Source: Candidatus Kaiserbacteria bacterium
GTDB lineage: Bacteria > Patescibacteriota > Minisyncoccia > Phycocordibacterales > UBA2100
DNA: 64,000 nt
Assembly: GCA_016186695.1 (NCBI GenBank)
Contig: JACPLC010000007.1
Coordinates: 11,928 to 75,927, forward strand
Reading direction: 5' to 3'
Both the position numbers and the translations under genes were made by a program. Positions 27,411 through 36,932 of this stretch are shown one piece after another (positions within the stretch are counted from its first letter, which is position 1; the number at the start of each line of letters is the position of its first letter). The notes under the pieces are model-generated. The model saw only the letters and a list, made by a program, of their open reading frames with translations. It searched no databases and had not been told where the DNA came from.

Positions 27411-30400
27411 ATGTCACGTGCGGACTTTGTCCATCTCCATACCCACTCCCACTATTCGCTTCTCGAGGCGCTGCCCAAAATCGACGAGCTCGTCGCCGCT
27501 GCGGCCAAAGACGGGCAGACGGCGATTGCGCTCACCGACAACGGCAACCTCTACGGTGCCATCGAGTTTTACAAAGAGTGCAAAGACAACAGTGTTAAAC
27601 CGATTATCGGCGTCGATTTCCACGTCGCTCCGCGCACGAGGACACAGAAAGAACACCGCGTAGACGACCAGACCTCCCGCCTCGTTCTCTTAGCAAAGAA
27701 CGAGACGGGCTATCACAATCTCATTCAGTTGGTATCAAAGGCGCATCTCGAAGGGTTCTACTATCGCCCGCGAATTGACAGGGAACTCATCGAGAGCTAT
27801 CGCGACGGCCTTGTCGCGATACTTCCCAGCTACGGCGGTGAGCACGCCCACGGGATCCGCCACGACTCTGCGGCGCGTGCCGAAGAGGTCATGCACTGGC
27901 ACAAAAAGATATTCGGCGACGATTGTTATGTCGAAATAACGCGGCATCCGGAAATTGCCGGACACGAGACGCAGATGCAGGACATCATCGCGCGTGCGCA
28001 AAGCGTCGGTCTCCCGCTTCTTGCCACGCACGACGTCTACTACCTCTCGCCCGAGGATTCGCTCGCATGCGATCTCGTGAACAAGATCCGCACCGGCGGC
28101 GCGCTCGATCGAAATGCAGATGCTGCTCCCCGCGACTTTTCGTTTCTCTCACGCTCCCGTATGGAGGAATTATTTGCAGACCTTCCCGAAGCGCTCGAGA
28201 ATTCGAAGAACATTGCAGAAAAGTGCAGCCTCGAGCTAAAGCTCGGCTCGTGGGTCTTCCCTGCCTTTCCTATTCCCGAAGGAAGTTCTGCCGACGGCGA
28301 GCTAGGAGCGCTCATCGAGCGCGGATTTTCAGAGCGGGACCTCAAGAAAAGCGCCGAGGCACGGGAACGCGTGGATTACGAACTCTCGATTATCACAAAA
28401 AAGGGCTACGCGCCGTACTTTCTCGTCGTCGCCGATCTCCTGCGCCATGCACGTGAAAAAGGAATCCTCACCAACACACGCGGCTCTGTCGCTGGCTCCC
28501 TCGTCTCGTACCTCTGCGGCATCACGACAGTAAATCCGTTTGAGTACCAACTCCCCTTCGAACGCTTTCTAAACCCCGAGCGGCCTTCGCCTCCCGACAT
28601 CGACATGGACTTAGCCGACAACCGGCGCGATGAACTCATCGACTACGTGCGGCAGAAGTACGGCGAAGATAAGGTCGCGCAAATCGGCACCTTCGGCACC
28701 ATGATGGCACGCGCGGCCGTGCGCGATGTTGCACGCGCACTCGGCCAGCCGTACGGATTGGGTGACACGATTGCAAAACTCATCCCCTTCGGCAAGCAGG
28801 GCTTCCCCGTTTCGATAAAAAGCTCGCTCGAGAACGTGCCCGAGCTCGCACAGGTGTATGAAAGCGACGCCGCGAGCCGCGAGATCCTCGATCTCGCGCA
28901 GAAGATCGAAGGGAACGCGCGGCATGTGGGCGTGCATGCGGCGGGTGTCGTCATCGCGCCAACGAGCGTGACAGACTACGTGCCTATACAGCACGACCCA
29001 AAGGGCGGGAAAACAATCACGCAGTACGACATGTATGCGGTCGAGGAGGCCGGACTCCTCAAGTTCGACTTTCTCGGCCTCACCAACCTCTCAGTGCTCG
29101 CCGACGCGGTGCAGCGCGTCCGCGAGCGTCTCGGCGCCGAGGTAGACCTCGACCGTCTTCCGCTCAACGACGACAAGACCTTCAAAATGCTCTCCCGCGG
29201 AGAAACCCATGGTGTCTTTCAGCTCGCCGGTGGCGGCATGACGAGCTACCTCACCAACCTCGAGCCCTCGACCATCCATGATATCAACGCGATGGTGGCG
29301 CTTTACCGCCCCGGCCCCATGGCATTCATTCCCGCCTACATCGAGCGCAAAAAGAATCCGAAGCTCATTCGCTACCTCGACCCGCGCATGGAGCCGATTC
29401 TCAAGAATTCGTACGGCGTTATCGTCTATCAGGATGACGTCTTGGAAATCGCGATAAAGCTCGCGGGCTACAGCTGGCTCGAGGCCGACAAATTCCGCAA
29501 GGCAATGGGGAAGAAGATCCCCGCCGAGATGCGCGCACAAAAAGAAAAATTTACCGGCGGCTGTGTGAAGCATGGAATGAAAAAGGAGGCCGCGCAGAAA
29601 CTCTGGGAGCAGATAGAAACTTTCGCAGCGTACGGTTTCAACAAAGCACACGCGGCAAGTTATGGAAACCTCGCGTATAAGACCGCGTACATGAAAGCGA
29701 ACTTCCCTGTCGATTACATGGCAGCGCTTCTTACTGCTGACGCCGGCGACGTGGAAAAAATCGCAGAGACCGTGCAGGAGTGCAAACGGATGGGGATCAA
29801 GGTCTGGCCGCCTTCCGTGAACGAAAGCAAGGGCAACTTCACGGTTGTTGACGATATCAATATCCGCTTCGGTCTGTACAGCATCAAGAACTTCGGGAGC
29901 GGTGTCGCGGATTCAATCATTGAGGCGCGTAACAGCATTCGATTCGAGAACATCGCCGACTTTCTCGCCCGCGTCCCCGACCGAAACCTCAACAAGAAAC
30001 AGCTTGAGTCGCTCATCCAATCGGGCGCACTTGATGAAATCGGCGAGCGCGGAAATCTCCTTGCAAGCATCGACCTGCTTCTGGATTACCATCGCGAATT
30101 TATGAAAACGCCCTCAGATCAAAGCTCCCTCTTTGGCAGCGCGGGCGCTCCGCAGGCAGTCCTTAAACTTCCAGAATCGCATCCTGCAACACTCGAAGAG
30201 CGGCTTGCATGGGAAAAAGAACTCCTCGGCCTTTTTGTTTCGGGACACCCTTTGGACAAACACAAGGCTAAGTTCAACGATCCGAAAAAAACCATAAAAC
30301 ACGCCAAAGAACACCTGCGCGGCGTGGAGACCGTGATCGCGGGATTCGTTGAGCAGAGCCGGATAAACATGACGAAAAACGGCGAACGTATGGGCTTCCT

Positions 30401-30566
30401 GAAGATCGCCGATTTTTCGGATGCGATAGAAGTCGTCGCGTTCCCGCGGACATTTAAAGAATACGAGTCGCTTATGGCACCGGGTGCATGCGTGGTGATA
30501 AAAGGAAAAATTTCCGAACGTAATGGAGAACCCAGTTTCGTTGTAGAACGAGCAAAAGCGCTCTAA
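27411..30566 (+). CDS. dnaE: DNA polymerase III alpha subunit (1051 aa)
   Basis: PHP domain HLHTHSHYSLLEA start, and polymerase core. Confidence 0.9.
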   Translation: MSRADFVHLHTHSHYSLLEALPKIDELVAAAAKDGQTAIALTDNGNLYGAIEFYKECKDNSVKPIIGVDFHVAPRTRTQKEHRVDDQTSRLVLLAKNETGYHNLIQLVSKAHLEGFYYRPRIDRELIESYRDGLVAILPSYGGEHAHGIRHDSAARAEEVMHWHKKIFGDDCYVEITRHPEIAGHETQMQDIIARAQSVGLPLLATHDVYYLSPEDSLACDLVNKIRTGGALDRNADAAPRDFSFLSRSRMEELFADLPEALENSKNIAEKCSLELKLGSWVFPAFPIPEGSSADGELGALIERGFSERDLKKSAEARERVDYELSIITKKGYAPYFLVVADLLRHAREKGILTNTRGSVAGSLVSYLCGITTVNPFEYQLPFERFLNPERPSPPDIDMDLADNRRDELIDYVRQKYGEDKVAQIGTFGTMMARAAVRDVARALGQPYGLGDTIAKLIPFGKQGFPVSIKSSLENVPELAQVYESDAASREILDLAQKIEGNARHVGVHAAGVVIAPTSVTDYVPIQHDPKGGKTITQYDMYAVEEAGLLKFDFLGLTNLSVLADAVQRVRERLGAEVDLDRLPLNDDKTFKMLSRGETHGVFQLAGGGMTSYLTNLEPSTIHDINAMVALYRPGPMAFIPAYIERKKNPKLIRYLDPRMEPILKNSYGVIVYQDDVLEIAIKLAGYSWLEADKFRKAMGKKIPAEMRAQKEKFTGGCVKHGMKKEAAQKLWEQIETFAAYGFNKAHAASYGNLAYKTAYMKANFPVDYMAALLTADAGDVEKIAETVQECKRMGIKVWPPSVNESKGNFTVVDDINIRFGLYSIKNFGSGVADSIIEARNSIRFENIADFLARVPDRNLNKKQLESLIQSGALDEIGERGNLLASIDLLLDYHREFMKTPSDQSSLFGSAGAPQAVLKLPESHPATLEERLAWEKELLGLFVSGHPLDKHKAKFNDPKKTIKHAKEHLRGVETVIAGFVEQSRINMTKNGERMGFLKIADFSDAIEVVAFPRTFKEYESLMAPGACVVIKGKISERNGEPSFVVERAKAL

Positions 30567-30643
30567 ATTTGCGAGAATTCAAAAAAACGGTATTGTTAAA
30601 GCTGTCCTGCGTTTCTATTCTCCAAAACTGAAAGGCCACGGGA

Positions 30644-30982
30644 ATGAATAAGCTGAGACGACTTGCGTCAGAGGCTGTGCTCGAGATTGAAAACGCGCCG
30701 GAAACTGAAGTCAAGTGGGTGAGGGTGCGTGCATTCGAGAAACACCTGCACCACGATATCACCTACCGGCACGGAATGGCGGGTGCGAACCTTGAGACAT
30801 GGAGGCGAATCGCGGCGAGTATGGGCGAAAAACTCGATTGTGACGCAGACACATACTTCTGGCTGCAGGGCATGTGCGGTCAGGTCGCTCTCTGGATGTT
30901 GCCTAGTCAGCACCAGATCGACAGCACTGTTCTGCGGCGCAACATTCTTGCGCTCTGCAACGTGATCCGAGCGATCGGTTGA
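30644..30982 (+). CDS. Hypothetical protein (112 aa)
   Basis: ORF followed by the terminator at 31011-31050. Confidence 0.4.
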   Translation: MNKLRRLASEAVLEIENAPETEVKWVRVRAFEKHLHHDITYRHGMAGANLETWRRIAASMGEKLDCDADTYFWLQGMCGQVALWMLPSQHQIDSTVLRRNILALCNVIRAIG

Positions 30983-31010
30983 GGTTGAGTCGGTGGTCCG
31001 CTTTGACAGC

Positions 31011-31050
31011 GGCGGCGCAGGGATATACCCGCGCCGCCGCTTCGTTTTTG
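31011..31050 (+). terminator. Rho-independent terminator (GGCGGCGC-12-nt loop-GCGCCGCC then GCTTCGTTTTTGTT)
   Basis: 8-bp GC stem and T-run. Confidence 0.6.
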
Positions 31051-31079
31051 TTGACATCGCCAAAATAGCGCGCTAGATT
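31051..31079 (+). promoter_or_regulatory. Sigma70-like promoter TTGACA-17-TAGATT driving the thrS leader
   Basis: Consensus -35 at 31051-31056; -10 at 31074-31079. Confidence 0.5.
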
Positions 31080-31085
31080 TGATGA

Positions 31086-31322
31086 ATCAGAGATTGCTCC
31101 GGCCACGAACCGGAGTCCTCCGAAGGAGGAGCGAGAGCCTAATCTGATGAGAGAAACGAGCGTCCAGCCCCAGTTTTGGATTGTGGAGTCTCCATCATTC
31201 AAAACTGGAGCTGGAAAACTAGGTGGAACCGCGGCTTGCCCCGAGCCGAGTGTCGAGGGGTTGGATCGCCCTAGTGAGTGTACGAACATCGTACCTTCAC
31301 TCGGGCGTTTTCTATTTTCACC
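31086..31322 (+). promoter_or_regulatory. T-box riboswitch leader of thrS
   Basis: Stem I with GA/K-turn-like UGAUGA and AGAGA elements; T-box core AAACUAGGUGGAACCGCGG at 31216-31234 (consensus AAUUAGGGUGGNACCGCGG); candidate Thr specifier ACC at 31108-31110; terminator hairpin 31275-31300 then GTTTTCTATTTT. Confidence 0.6.
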
Positions 31323-32567
31323 ATGAGCGAACAAGAACACAGCGCGAATCCGCGCGATCACAAGAAACTCGGGCGTGAACTCGATCTCTTCACCTTTTCC
31401 GAAACTGTCGGCAAAGGCCTGCCCCTCTTCACGGCCAAAGGTGCAGCGATCCGCCGCGAGCTCGAACGCTTCATCGTCGATGAGGAAATTCGCCGCGGCT
31501 ACCAGCACGTTCACACACCGGACATCGCGAAACTCGATCTCTACCGCAAGAGCGGCCACTACCCGCACTACAAGGAGTCGATGTATGCGCCTATCGTTAT
31601 CGACGACGAGGAATTCATGCTCCGTCCGATGACCTGCCCGCACCACTTCGAGCTGTATCTCGACAGACCACGCAGTTACCGCGAGCTCCCGATGCGCATC
31701 GCCGAACTTGCAAACCTCTACCGCTACGAGCAATCCGGCGAGCTGATGGGACTGCAGCGCGTGCGCACCTTCTGCCTCGCCGACGCGCATATCATCTGCG
31801 CCTCCGAGGAACAGGCTGCGGAAGAAATGGGAAAGGCACTCGACCTCATCGAATACGTCGCAGGCGTTTTTGGCCTCAAACAGGGCGAAGAGTACCGCTA
31901 CCGTCTCTCGCTCGGCGACAGAGCAAACACCGAGAAATATTACAAGAACGATGCCGCGTGGGAGAAAAGCGAGACACTCTTGCGCAAACTCATGAAAGAT
32001 CGCGGTGGCACATTCGAAGAGGCGAAGGATGAGGCGGCATTTTACGGGCCGAAGATCGACATCCAGATGAAAAACGTAAACGGGAAAGAAGATACGGCCT
32101 TCACGGTGCAGTACGACTTCTGCATGCCGGACCGCTTCGACCTCACCTACATCGCTCCCGACGGCACAAAGAAGCGCGCGTTCGTCATTCACCGCTCCTC
32201 GATCGGCGCAATCGAGCGCATCGTCGCTTTCCTCATTGAGCATTACGCCGGCATTTTCCCCCTCTGGCTCTCGCCCGTGCAGGCGAAGGTCCTTTCCGTC
32301 TCCGAGAAACACGCGCCGTATGCGAGCGAAATCGCAAAAGACCTGCGCGACGCGGGAATCAGAGTCGAGCTCGACGATTCGAACGAAACTCTCGGCAAGC
32401 GAATCAGGACTGCGAAAACCGAAAAGGTTCCCTACCTCCTCGTCGTCGGCGACGACGAAGTCGAGGGATATACTGCGACACTCGAGGGTCGCGAGGGCAA
32501 AGTGGGAACTTTTCCTGTTGCCGAAATAGTTGTTCGTCTTCAGGAAGAAATTCGAAATCGCTCATAA
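31323..32567 (+). CDS. thrS: Threonyl-tRNA synthetase, catalytic core plus anticodon-binding domain only (no N-terminal TGS/editing domains)
   Basis: Begins at the RDHKKLGRELDLF block that opens the ThrRS catalytic domain; motif RPMTCPHHFELY; class II aaRS motifs. Confidence 0.85.
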   Translation: MSEQEHSANPRDHKKLGRELDLFTFSETVGKGLPLFTAKGAAIRRELERFIVDEEIRRGYQHVHTPDIAKLDLYRKSGHYPHYKESMYAPIVIDDEEFMLRPMTCPHHFELYLDRPRSYRELPMRIAELANLYRYEQSGELMGLQRVRTFCLADAHIICASEEQAAEEMGKALDLIEYVAGVFGLKQGEEYRYRLSLGDRANTEKYYKNDAAWEKSETLLRKLMKDRGGTFEEAKDEAAFYGPKIDIQMKNVNGKEDTAFTVQYDFCMPDRFDLTYIAPDGTKKRAFVIHRSSIGAIERIVAFLIEHYAGIFPLWLSPVQAKVLSVSEKHAPYASEIAKDLRDAGIRVELDDSNETLGKRIRTAKTEKVPYLLVVGDDEVEGYTATLEGREGKVGTFPVAEIVVRLQEEIRNRS

Positions 32568-32569
32568 CG

Positions 32570-32601
32570 AAAATCGCCCCGGAGGGCGATTTTCGTTCTT
32601 T
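32570..32601. terminator. Bidirectional intrinsic terminator (AAAATCGCCCC-gga-GGGCGATTTT then CGTTCTTT)
   Basis: Perfect 10-bp stem between convergent thrS and 32620-34068. Confidence 0.6.
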
Positions 32602-32619
32602 GGAGCGAGGGCGGCGGCC

Positions 32620-34068
32620 TTAACTGCGACTCACGACGATTCGCGGAGCGTCGCCGTTGGACGAGCTCGCGAACGTCATCGAATCCTTCGGAGATACTTC
32701 GGTGCGAGCGACCGGAAGATTTTCGATCTCGCGTGCCATTCTTGTTTCCCGCATTTTCGTGCCTGAAAGCTGAAAGCTGGTAGCTGGTAGCTGACGGTTC
32801 GAGAACATCACCGGAGCCCTTTCTGCGCGCACCGGTACAATCCGACGACTGCCGACAAGCCCGATGGAGCTGGCGAACTTCGCTGCGCCGCCCCTGTAGT
32901 AGAGGATGAGGTACGCGCCTGAGAGTGCGAAGGCGAGAAGTCCGATCCAATAGATGGCATTGCCGAAGGTGCCGAGATCGAAGCCGGTGTACGGGATTTG
33001 CGAGAGCGATACGTACGGTGCCATGCCGCTCACGTTAACATACGTCGAGCACGTGCGCACGCCTCCGTAGCCATTGACCGTAAGCGTGTAGTTTGTGGTG
33101 GCATTCGGACGAACCGGCAGTGAGCCGTTCGAAGGCACTGCGCCGATCCCATCAGAGAGCCATGCGCTCGAGGCACCATAGCTCGTCCAGCTGAGGATTG
33201 CGGCCTGACCGTTCTGCACGTAGCTCGGAGACGCCGTGATGACACAGTAGAGACTCTGTTGCGGATAGATCGGTGCGGGAGGAACTACCGGCGAGTACGT
33301 GTACTGCACGAGGTACTGGGGTGTTGCCTGAGCGAGCTGAGTCGAGTTGAAGCTGCCGTTGATCGAGTTGTCGATGTTGTTGACATTCGTGTTGCAGCTG
33401 TTACCCACACACGTGTTGGTCGTGAGGTTGGAGGGATGTTGCTGTTGCTGCTGCTGCTGTTGCTGCTGCTGTGCGATTGGCCGCGGAGGCTGTTGAGGCG
33501 GATAGCTCGGAGGACGGCTCGGAGGATAGTTCGGCGATGTTACCGGCATCGCTATTGAAGGGAACGACGTCCTCGGAGTCGAGTAGCTTTGGCAGGTGAA
33601 ACAGCTCTGGGACGGATAGCTCTGCGCAAACCTATCCGACGAATAGTATCTCACTCCCTGCTCATCGATGTACGTGTCCGTAATCGTGTCGATGTAACCT
33701 TCTATGTCCGTATATCCGAGAGCAGCACTGTCGGCGGCATCGTAGTAGAAGGGCTGGTCGCTGCCGTCGTAGAAGAACGGTTGGTCAAAACCATCATAGA
33801 AAAACGCTTGATCGCTGCCATCGTAGAAGAACGGCTGGTCTGCACCATCATAGTAGAAGGGCTCATCGGCGCCGTCGTAGTAGAAGGGTTGGTCAGAACC
33901 ATCGTAGTAGAAGGGCTGGTCGCTACCGTCGTAGAAGAACGGAGCATCGCCTCCGTCGAAGAAAAACTCCTCGCCGTCAGCATTCGCGACAAGCGGATTC
34001 ACAGACAACACACACACGGTGGCCACTGCAAGGGTTAGCACAATATTACTTGTCAACTTCGAATACAT
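32620..34068 (-). CDS. Secreted repeat protein: signal peptide, 11x (F/Y)YDGSDQPF nonapeptide repeats, polyQ tract, IPYTG-TM-RGGAAKF sorting-signal-like segment, then ~90-aa tail
   Basis: Seen directly in the translation; C-terminal hydrophobic helix IYWIGLLAFALSGAYLILYY followed by a basic patch. Confidence 0.6.
   Translation of the reverse strand: MYSKLTSNIVLTLAVATVCVLSVNPLVANADGEEFFFDGGDAPFFYDGSDQPFYYDGSDQPFYYDGADEPFYYDGADQPFFYDGSDQAFFYDGFDQPFFYDGSDQPFYYDAADSAALGYTDIEGYIDTITDTYIDEQGVRYYSSDRFAQSYPSQSCFTCQSYSTPRTSFPSIAMPVTSPNYPPSRPPSYPPQQPPRPIAQQQQQQQQQQQHPSNLTTNTCVGNSCNTNVNNIDNSINGSFNSTQLAQATPQYLVQYTYSPVVPPAPIYPQQSLYCVITASPSYVQNGQAAILSWTSYGASSAWLSDGIGAVPSNGSLPVRPNATTNYTLTVNGYGGVRTCSTYVNVSGMAPYVSLSQIPYTGFDLGTFGNAIYWIGLLAFALSGAYLILYYRGGAAKFASSIGLVGSRRIVPVRAERAPVMFSNRQLPATSFQLSGTKMRETRMAREIENLPVARTEVSPKDSMTFASSSNGDAPRIVVSRS
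32763..32797. repeat. Heptanucleotide tandem tract TGAAAGC x2, TGGTAGC x2, TGACGGT
   Basis: Period-7 repeat inside the coding region (encodes LPATSFQLSG). Confidence 0.7.
33438..33473. repeat. (CTG/TTG)12 trinucleotide tract encoding Q12 on the minus strand
   Basis: ttgctgttgctgctgctgctgttgctgctgctg. Confidence 0.8.
33726..33981. repeat. ~27-nt tandem repeats (x9-11) encoding the YDGSDQPFY units
   Basis: Periodic gtagaagaacggctggtc... units; approximate bounds. Confidence 0.7.
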
Positions 34069-34113
34069 AATTGGAATATTCTACGTTCTACATAAACGGC
34101 TAATAAGGCGGCT

Positions 34114-34141
34114 ACTATACTAGACAAAATTGCTTTGTCAA
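34114..34141 (-). promoter_or_regulatory. Sigma70-like promoter TTGACA-16-TATAGT for the repeat-protein gene
   Basis: rc TTGACA at 34136-34141; rc TATAGT at 34114-34119. Confidence 0.5.
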
Positions 34142-34243
34142 GAGCAGGACACAATCCGAGATCTACGACATTTTTTATAGAGAAGCGGCGGCAGTACCCG
34201 AAGGTACCACCGCCGAACTTCCGGCTTCATGCACTGTGCGTCA

Positions 34244-34972
34244 TCACGCCGCAGTGCAACCCGCGTTGCCCACCTCCTTCGGAGCGAGCGGGACCGTCTT
34301 GCTCCCGTCGAGCGTGACGAGGGCCGAGCGGTACACCCGCTTGCCGCCGACGCACCGACTGAAGTAGACGAGGGCCTGCTTGCCGGTCTTGGGCAGGATA
34401 TACGTCGCGCCGACGCCGGGCTTGTATCCGGCAAAGGTCGCAACATGCCCCTCCGCCTGGGAGACGCGCGCCTTGGCGTCACAGCTCTTGATCGACTCAG
34501 GCGTGATGCCCTCGCCGAAAAAGACCGAGCGCGCCATGTTCTTTTCGAGCAGGCCCGCGATGTCCTCGGCCGGACGAGTGATCGTCACGGCGATACACCC
34601 AGCCGGAACCGTGGTGGCTCTGGTGGGCTCGGGCGCCGTCCTCGTGGCGGGGGCTGCCCGCGGCGCGTCAGCGGAGCGCGTGTGACCAGAGGCCACACTG
34701 CCGCCAACGGCGGCAGAAACACCTCCGTTGGCTGCCCGCGACGCCTTGGCCGCGGCATCGTCGGGCGACGACCCAACGGTACCGGAAACCACGACGCCTT
34801 CGTTCACGCCGACGCCGACGCCCACCGCGCCACCCGTTTGGGCGGACGCCGTAGTGGTGATCAGGGCGAGTGCGGCGATTGACCCCGCCGCGAGGATTGC
34901 TGAGATGTGCTTAATTGGAGTCACTCCTTTTTGAGACACCTCACGGAATGCGAGGGCTCTGTGTGAACGCAT
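34244..34972 (-). CDS. Secreted hypothetical protein (signal peptide; Ala/Gly/Thr-rich N-region; ~66% GC locally)
   Basis: Start taken at MRSHRALAF...; hydrophobic signal AILAAGSIAALALITTTASA. Confidence 0.45.
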   Translation of the reverse strand: MRSHRALAFREVSQKGVTPIKHISAILAAGSIAALALITTTASAQTGGAVGVGVGVNEGVVVSGTVGSSPDDAAAKASRAANGGVSAAVGGSVASGHTRSADAPRAAPATRTAPEPTRATTVPAGCIAVTITRPAEDIAGLLEKNMARSVFFGEGITPESIKSCDAKARVSQAEGHVATFAGYKPGVGATYILPKTGKQALVYFSRCVGGKRVYRSALVTLDGSKTVPLAPKEVGNAGCTAA

Positions 34973-35214
34973 CACGACACGCGCACACAGAACCCTCGCA
35001 GATTTTATGAAGCGAGAAAGTGAAAGAACGTGGGCTTTACGAGCCCAGCCTTGCGTTTCGCGACAAAAGCGCGAGGCTGGACGCATAATCTACAAAAACG
35101 TGGAGAATGCCAAAATCGAGCAAAATTATATCACTCAATACTCGGTTGTCAAGGACGATATGTGGCTCTGGTAAGCCGCAATTCGTGCTACGATTTATGC
35201 TAATGGACGGCAAA

Positions 35215-36276
35215 ATGAGCCGGCGAAGTGCCCTGGGAGTCCTCGCTGGCGCGGCGTTATCGACAAAGCAAGTAGATCGAGCAGAAGCCCAAACGAACAA
35301 GCTCGATTTCTTGGGAAGTCCGCTCGAACAAAGCCAGCTCGAAACGCAAAAGCTCACGGCTGTAAAGGAACTCATCGAGGGCTTCTGGAAACAATCTAAA
35401 GCCCGAGAACATACCCTCGGCTCATATTTTGGTGGAACAAAGGACAGATCCGAAGTCACGCGTGCTTTAAGCGCGGAGTCGCGTATGTACATTCCCAGCA
35501 ACGAAAAACTCAAGGAGATACGTGACAAAAGCTACCCGTACCTCGTAGAGCTCGCGAAACAAATCCCCGAAAAAAAGTACGGCCTCTTCATCGAAGAAAG
35601 TGAGCAGGTGCTCTACGTTCTTCAGAATACGGGGAATAACAGGATTCAGTTCGTGAAAGCATATCCGGTTTCGGCGTCAAGAGAGGAGTGGAGCAACGCA
35701 CCCGGTTTGAAAGGAACACCGACTGGGTTACATCGTGTTGGTTTCGGACGCAAAGGGATGCTCGGAGAAGTTGTCTCGGGACGAAGAGACCGTTCGGCAT
35801 TATTTGTCGAGATTCGTGAGAAAAATGGACCTCGTCGCACATTCGTACGAAGCCTCACATCGGAAGGAGACCGCATTCCCGAAATCGTTACCGCTTCCCT
35901 TCTCATTGTAGGCCCCTCCACGCGGTCGACTCGCGGAATTTACATACATGGCACGAATCGGACTAATCGACTTGGGCGTCCGGACAGTGGGGGCTGTATT
36001 CGAATGTCGAACGTAGATGTCTACGATCTGCTCAACTATATTGAGATCGGAAAGTTGCAGACCGATGAAATCTCGGCACCCGGCGGAACCCCGGTCATGC
36101 TGCACAAGTGGCAAGATGCGCCAAAAACGCCAACGCAGAGCAAGAAAGAAAGTCCAACAGAAAAACCCGCGGCCAGACCCGAAGTACTGACGCCACAGGG
36201 AGAGAAAGAAAAAACTCCAAAAATAAGATCGAAAAAGGACGAAGATGTGATTTTTTTCAGGAGAGAAAAAGAATAG
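35215..36276 (+). CDS. L,D-transpeptidase (YkuD domain) with twin-arginine signal
   Basis: MSRRSALGVLAGAAL Tat-like signal; catalytic HGT...SGGCIRM motif (IYIHGTNRTNRLGRPDSGGCIRMSN). Confidence 0.7.
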   Translation: MSRRSALGVLAGAALSTKQVDRAEAQTNKLDFLGSPLEQSQLETQKLTAVKELIEGFWKQSKAREHTLGSYFGGTKDRSEVTRALSAESRMYIPSNEKLKEIRDKSYPYLVELAKQIPEKKYGLFIEESEQVLYVLQNTGNNRIQFVKAYPVSASREEWSNAPGLKGTPTGLHRVGFGRKGMLGEVVSGRRDRSALFVEIREKNGPRRTFVRSLTSEGDRIPEIVTASLLIVGPSTRSTRGIYIHGTNRTNRLGRPDSGGCIRMSNVDVYDLLNYIEIGKLQTDEISAPGGTPVMLHKWQDAPKTPTQSKKESPTEKPAARPEVLTPQGEKEKTPKIRSKKDEDVIFFRREKE

Positions 36277-36281
36277 TCATA

Positions 36282-36321
36282 AAAAAAGCCGGCGGTAGTC
36301 GTCGACTGCCGCCGTATTTAA
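36282..36321. terminator. Bidirectional terminator-like palindrome CGGCGGTAGTCG|TCGACTGCCGCCG flanked by an A-run and a T-run
   Basis: Lies between convergent genes. Confidence 0.5.
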
Positions 36322-36337
36322 ATGCTGGTTTCGCCTA

Positions 36338-36786
36338 TTATCCTCTGCCCACCTGGGCGATAGGTTTCTGCGCGGCATTGTTGATCGCGAGAAAGCCCGA
36401 GAGGATACCGTCGATGATCGCACCAAGCCACGGTAGGATGAACCACCATTCGAGGGAGCCGGCATTCACAAGACGACCATGCCACTCCGTGAGAACGAGC
36501 GCGATCGCCAGGCTGCTGAAGTCGTCCCATTGGAGGTGGAAGACTTTGGTGTTGCGGTCCACCACCGTGATGATTTCGGCAAGCAGCCACACGAAGACGA
36601 CGCCGCCGGAAATCACTAGTGCGAGCCAGAGACCGTTGGTCGTTGGCATGGTAACCGGCGAGCCGAGCACCGGGATGAGCCACCCGATACCGATCATCAT
36701 GAGCGGTACGGCAGGCCGAAAGATACCGATGATGCGCAACCCTCTTTTCATTGGGTGCATAGAACGCTGTCCGAAGTCGTTCATTT
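36338..36786 (-). CDS. Hypothetical multi-TM membrane protein (~149 aa; start taken at MNDFGQ)
   Basis: 4 hydrophobic helices; last gene of the sortase-associated minus-strand cluster. Confidence 0.4.
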
Positions 36787-36932
36787 CGAGTCTCCAAGAA
36801 CAAACCCGCAGGACATGATGCCCAAGGGCGTGCCGCATCTGTACCACGCTTTGCATGAAAATCAAAAGAAAACAGCGCGCAGGTCCCGAAGGAATCTCTG
36901 CGCGCCGATTGCGCTCCGGCATCCAGGTGCCG

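Noticed and set aside
30903-32312. 469-aa ORF on the minus strand
   Set aside because: It is entirely antisense to the well-supported thrS and T-box leader and has no recognisable motifs. It is a high-GC shadow ORF.
32763-32797. Heptamer and other tandem tracts as a CRISPR array
   Set aside because: The units are 7 nt with no spacers and lie within coding sequence. No array-like 25-40-nt repeat with 30-40-nt spacers exists anywhere in the window.
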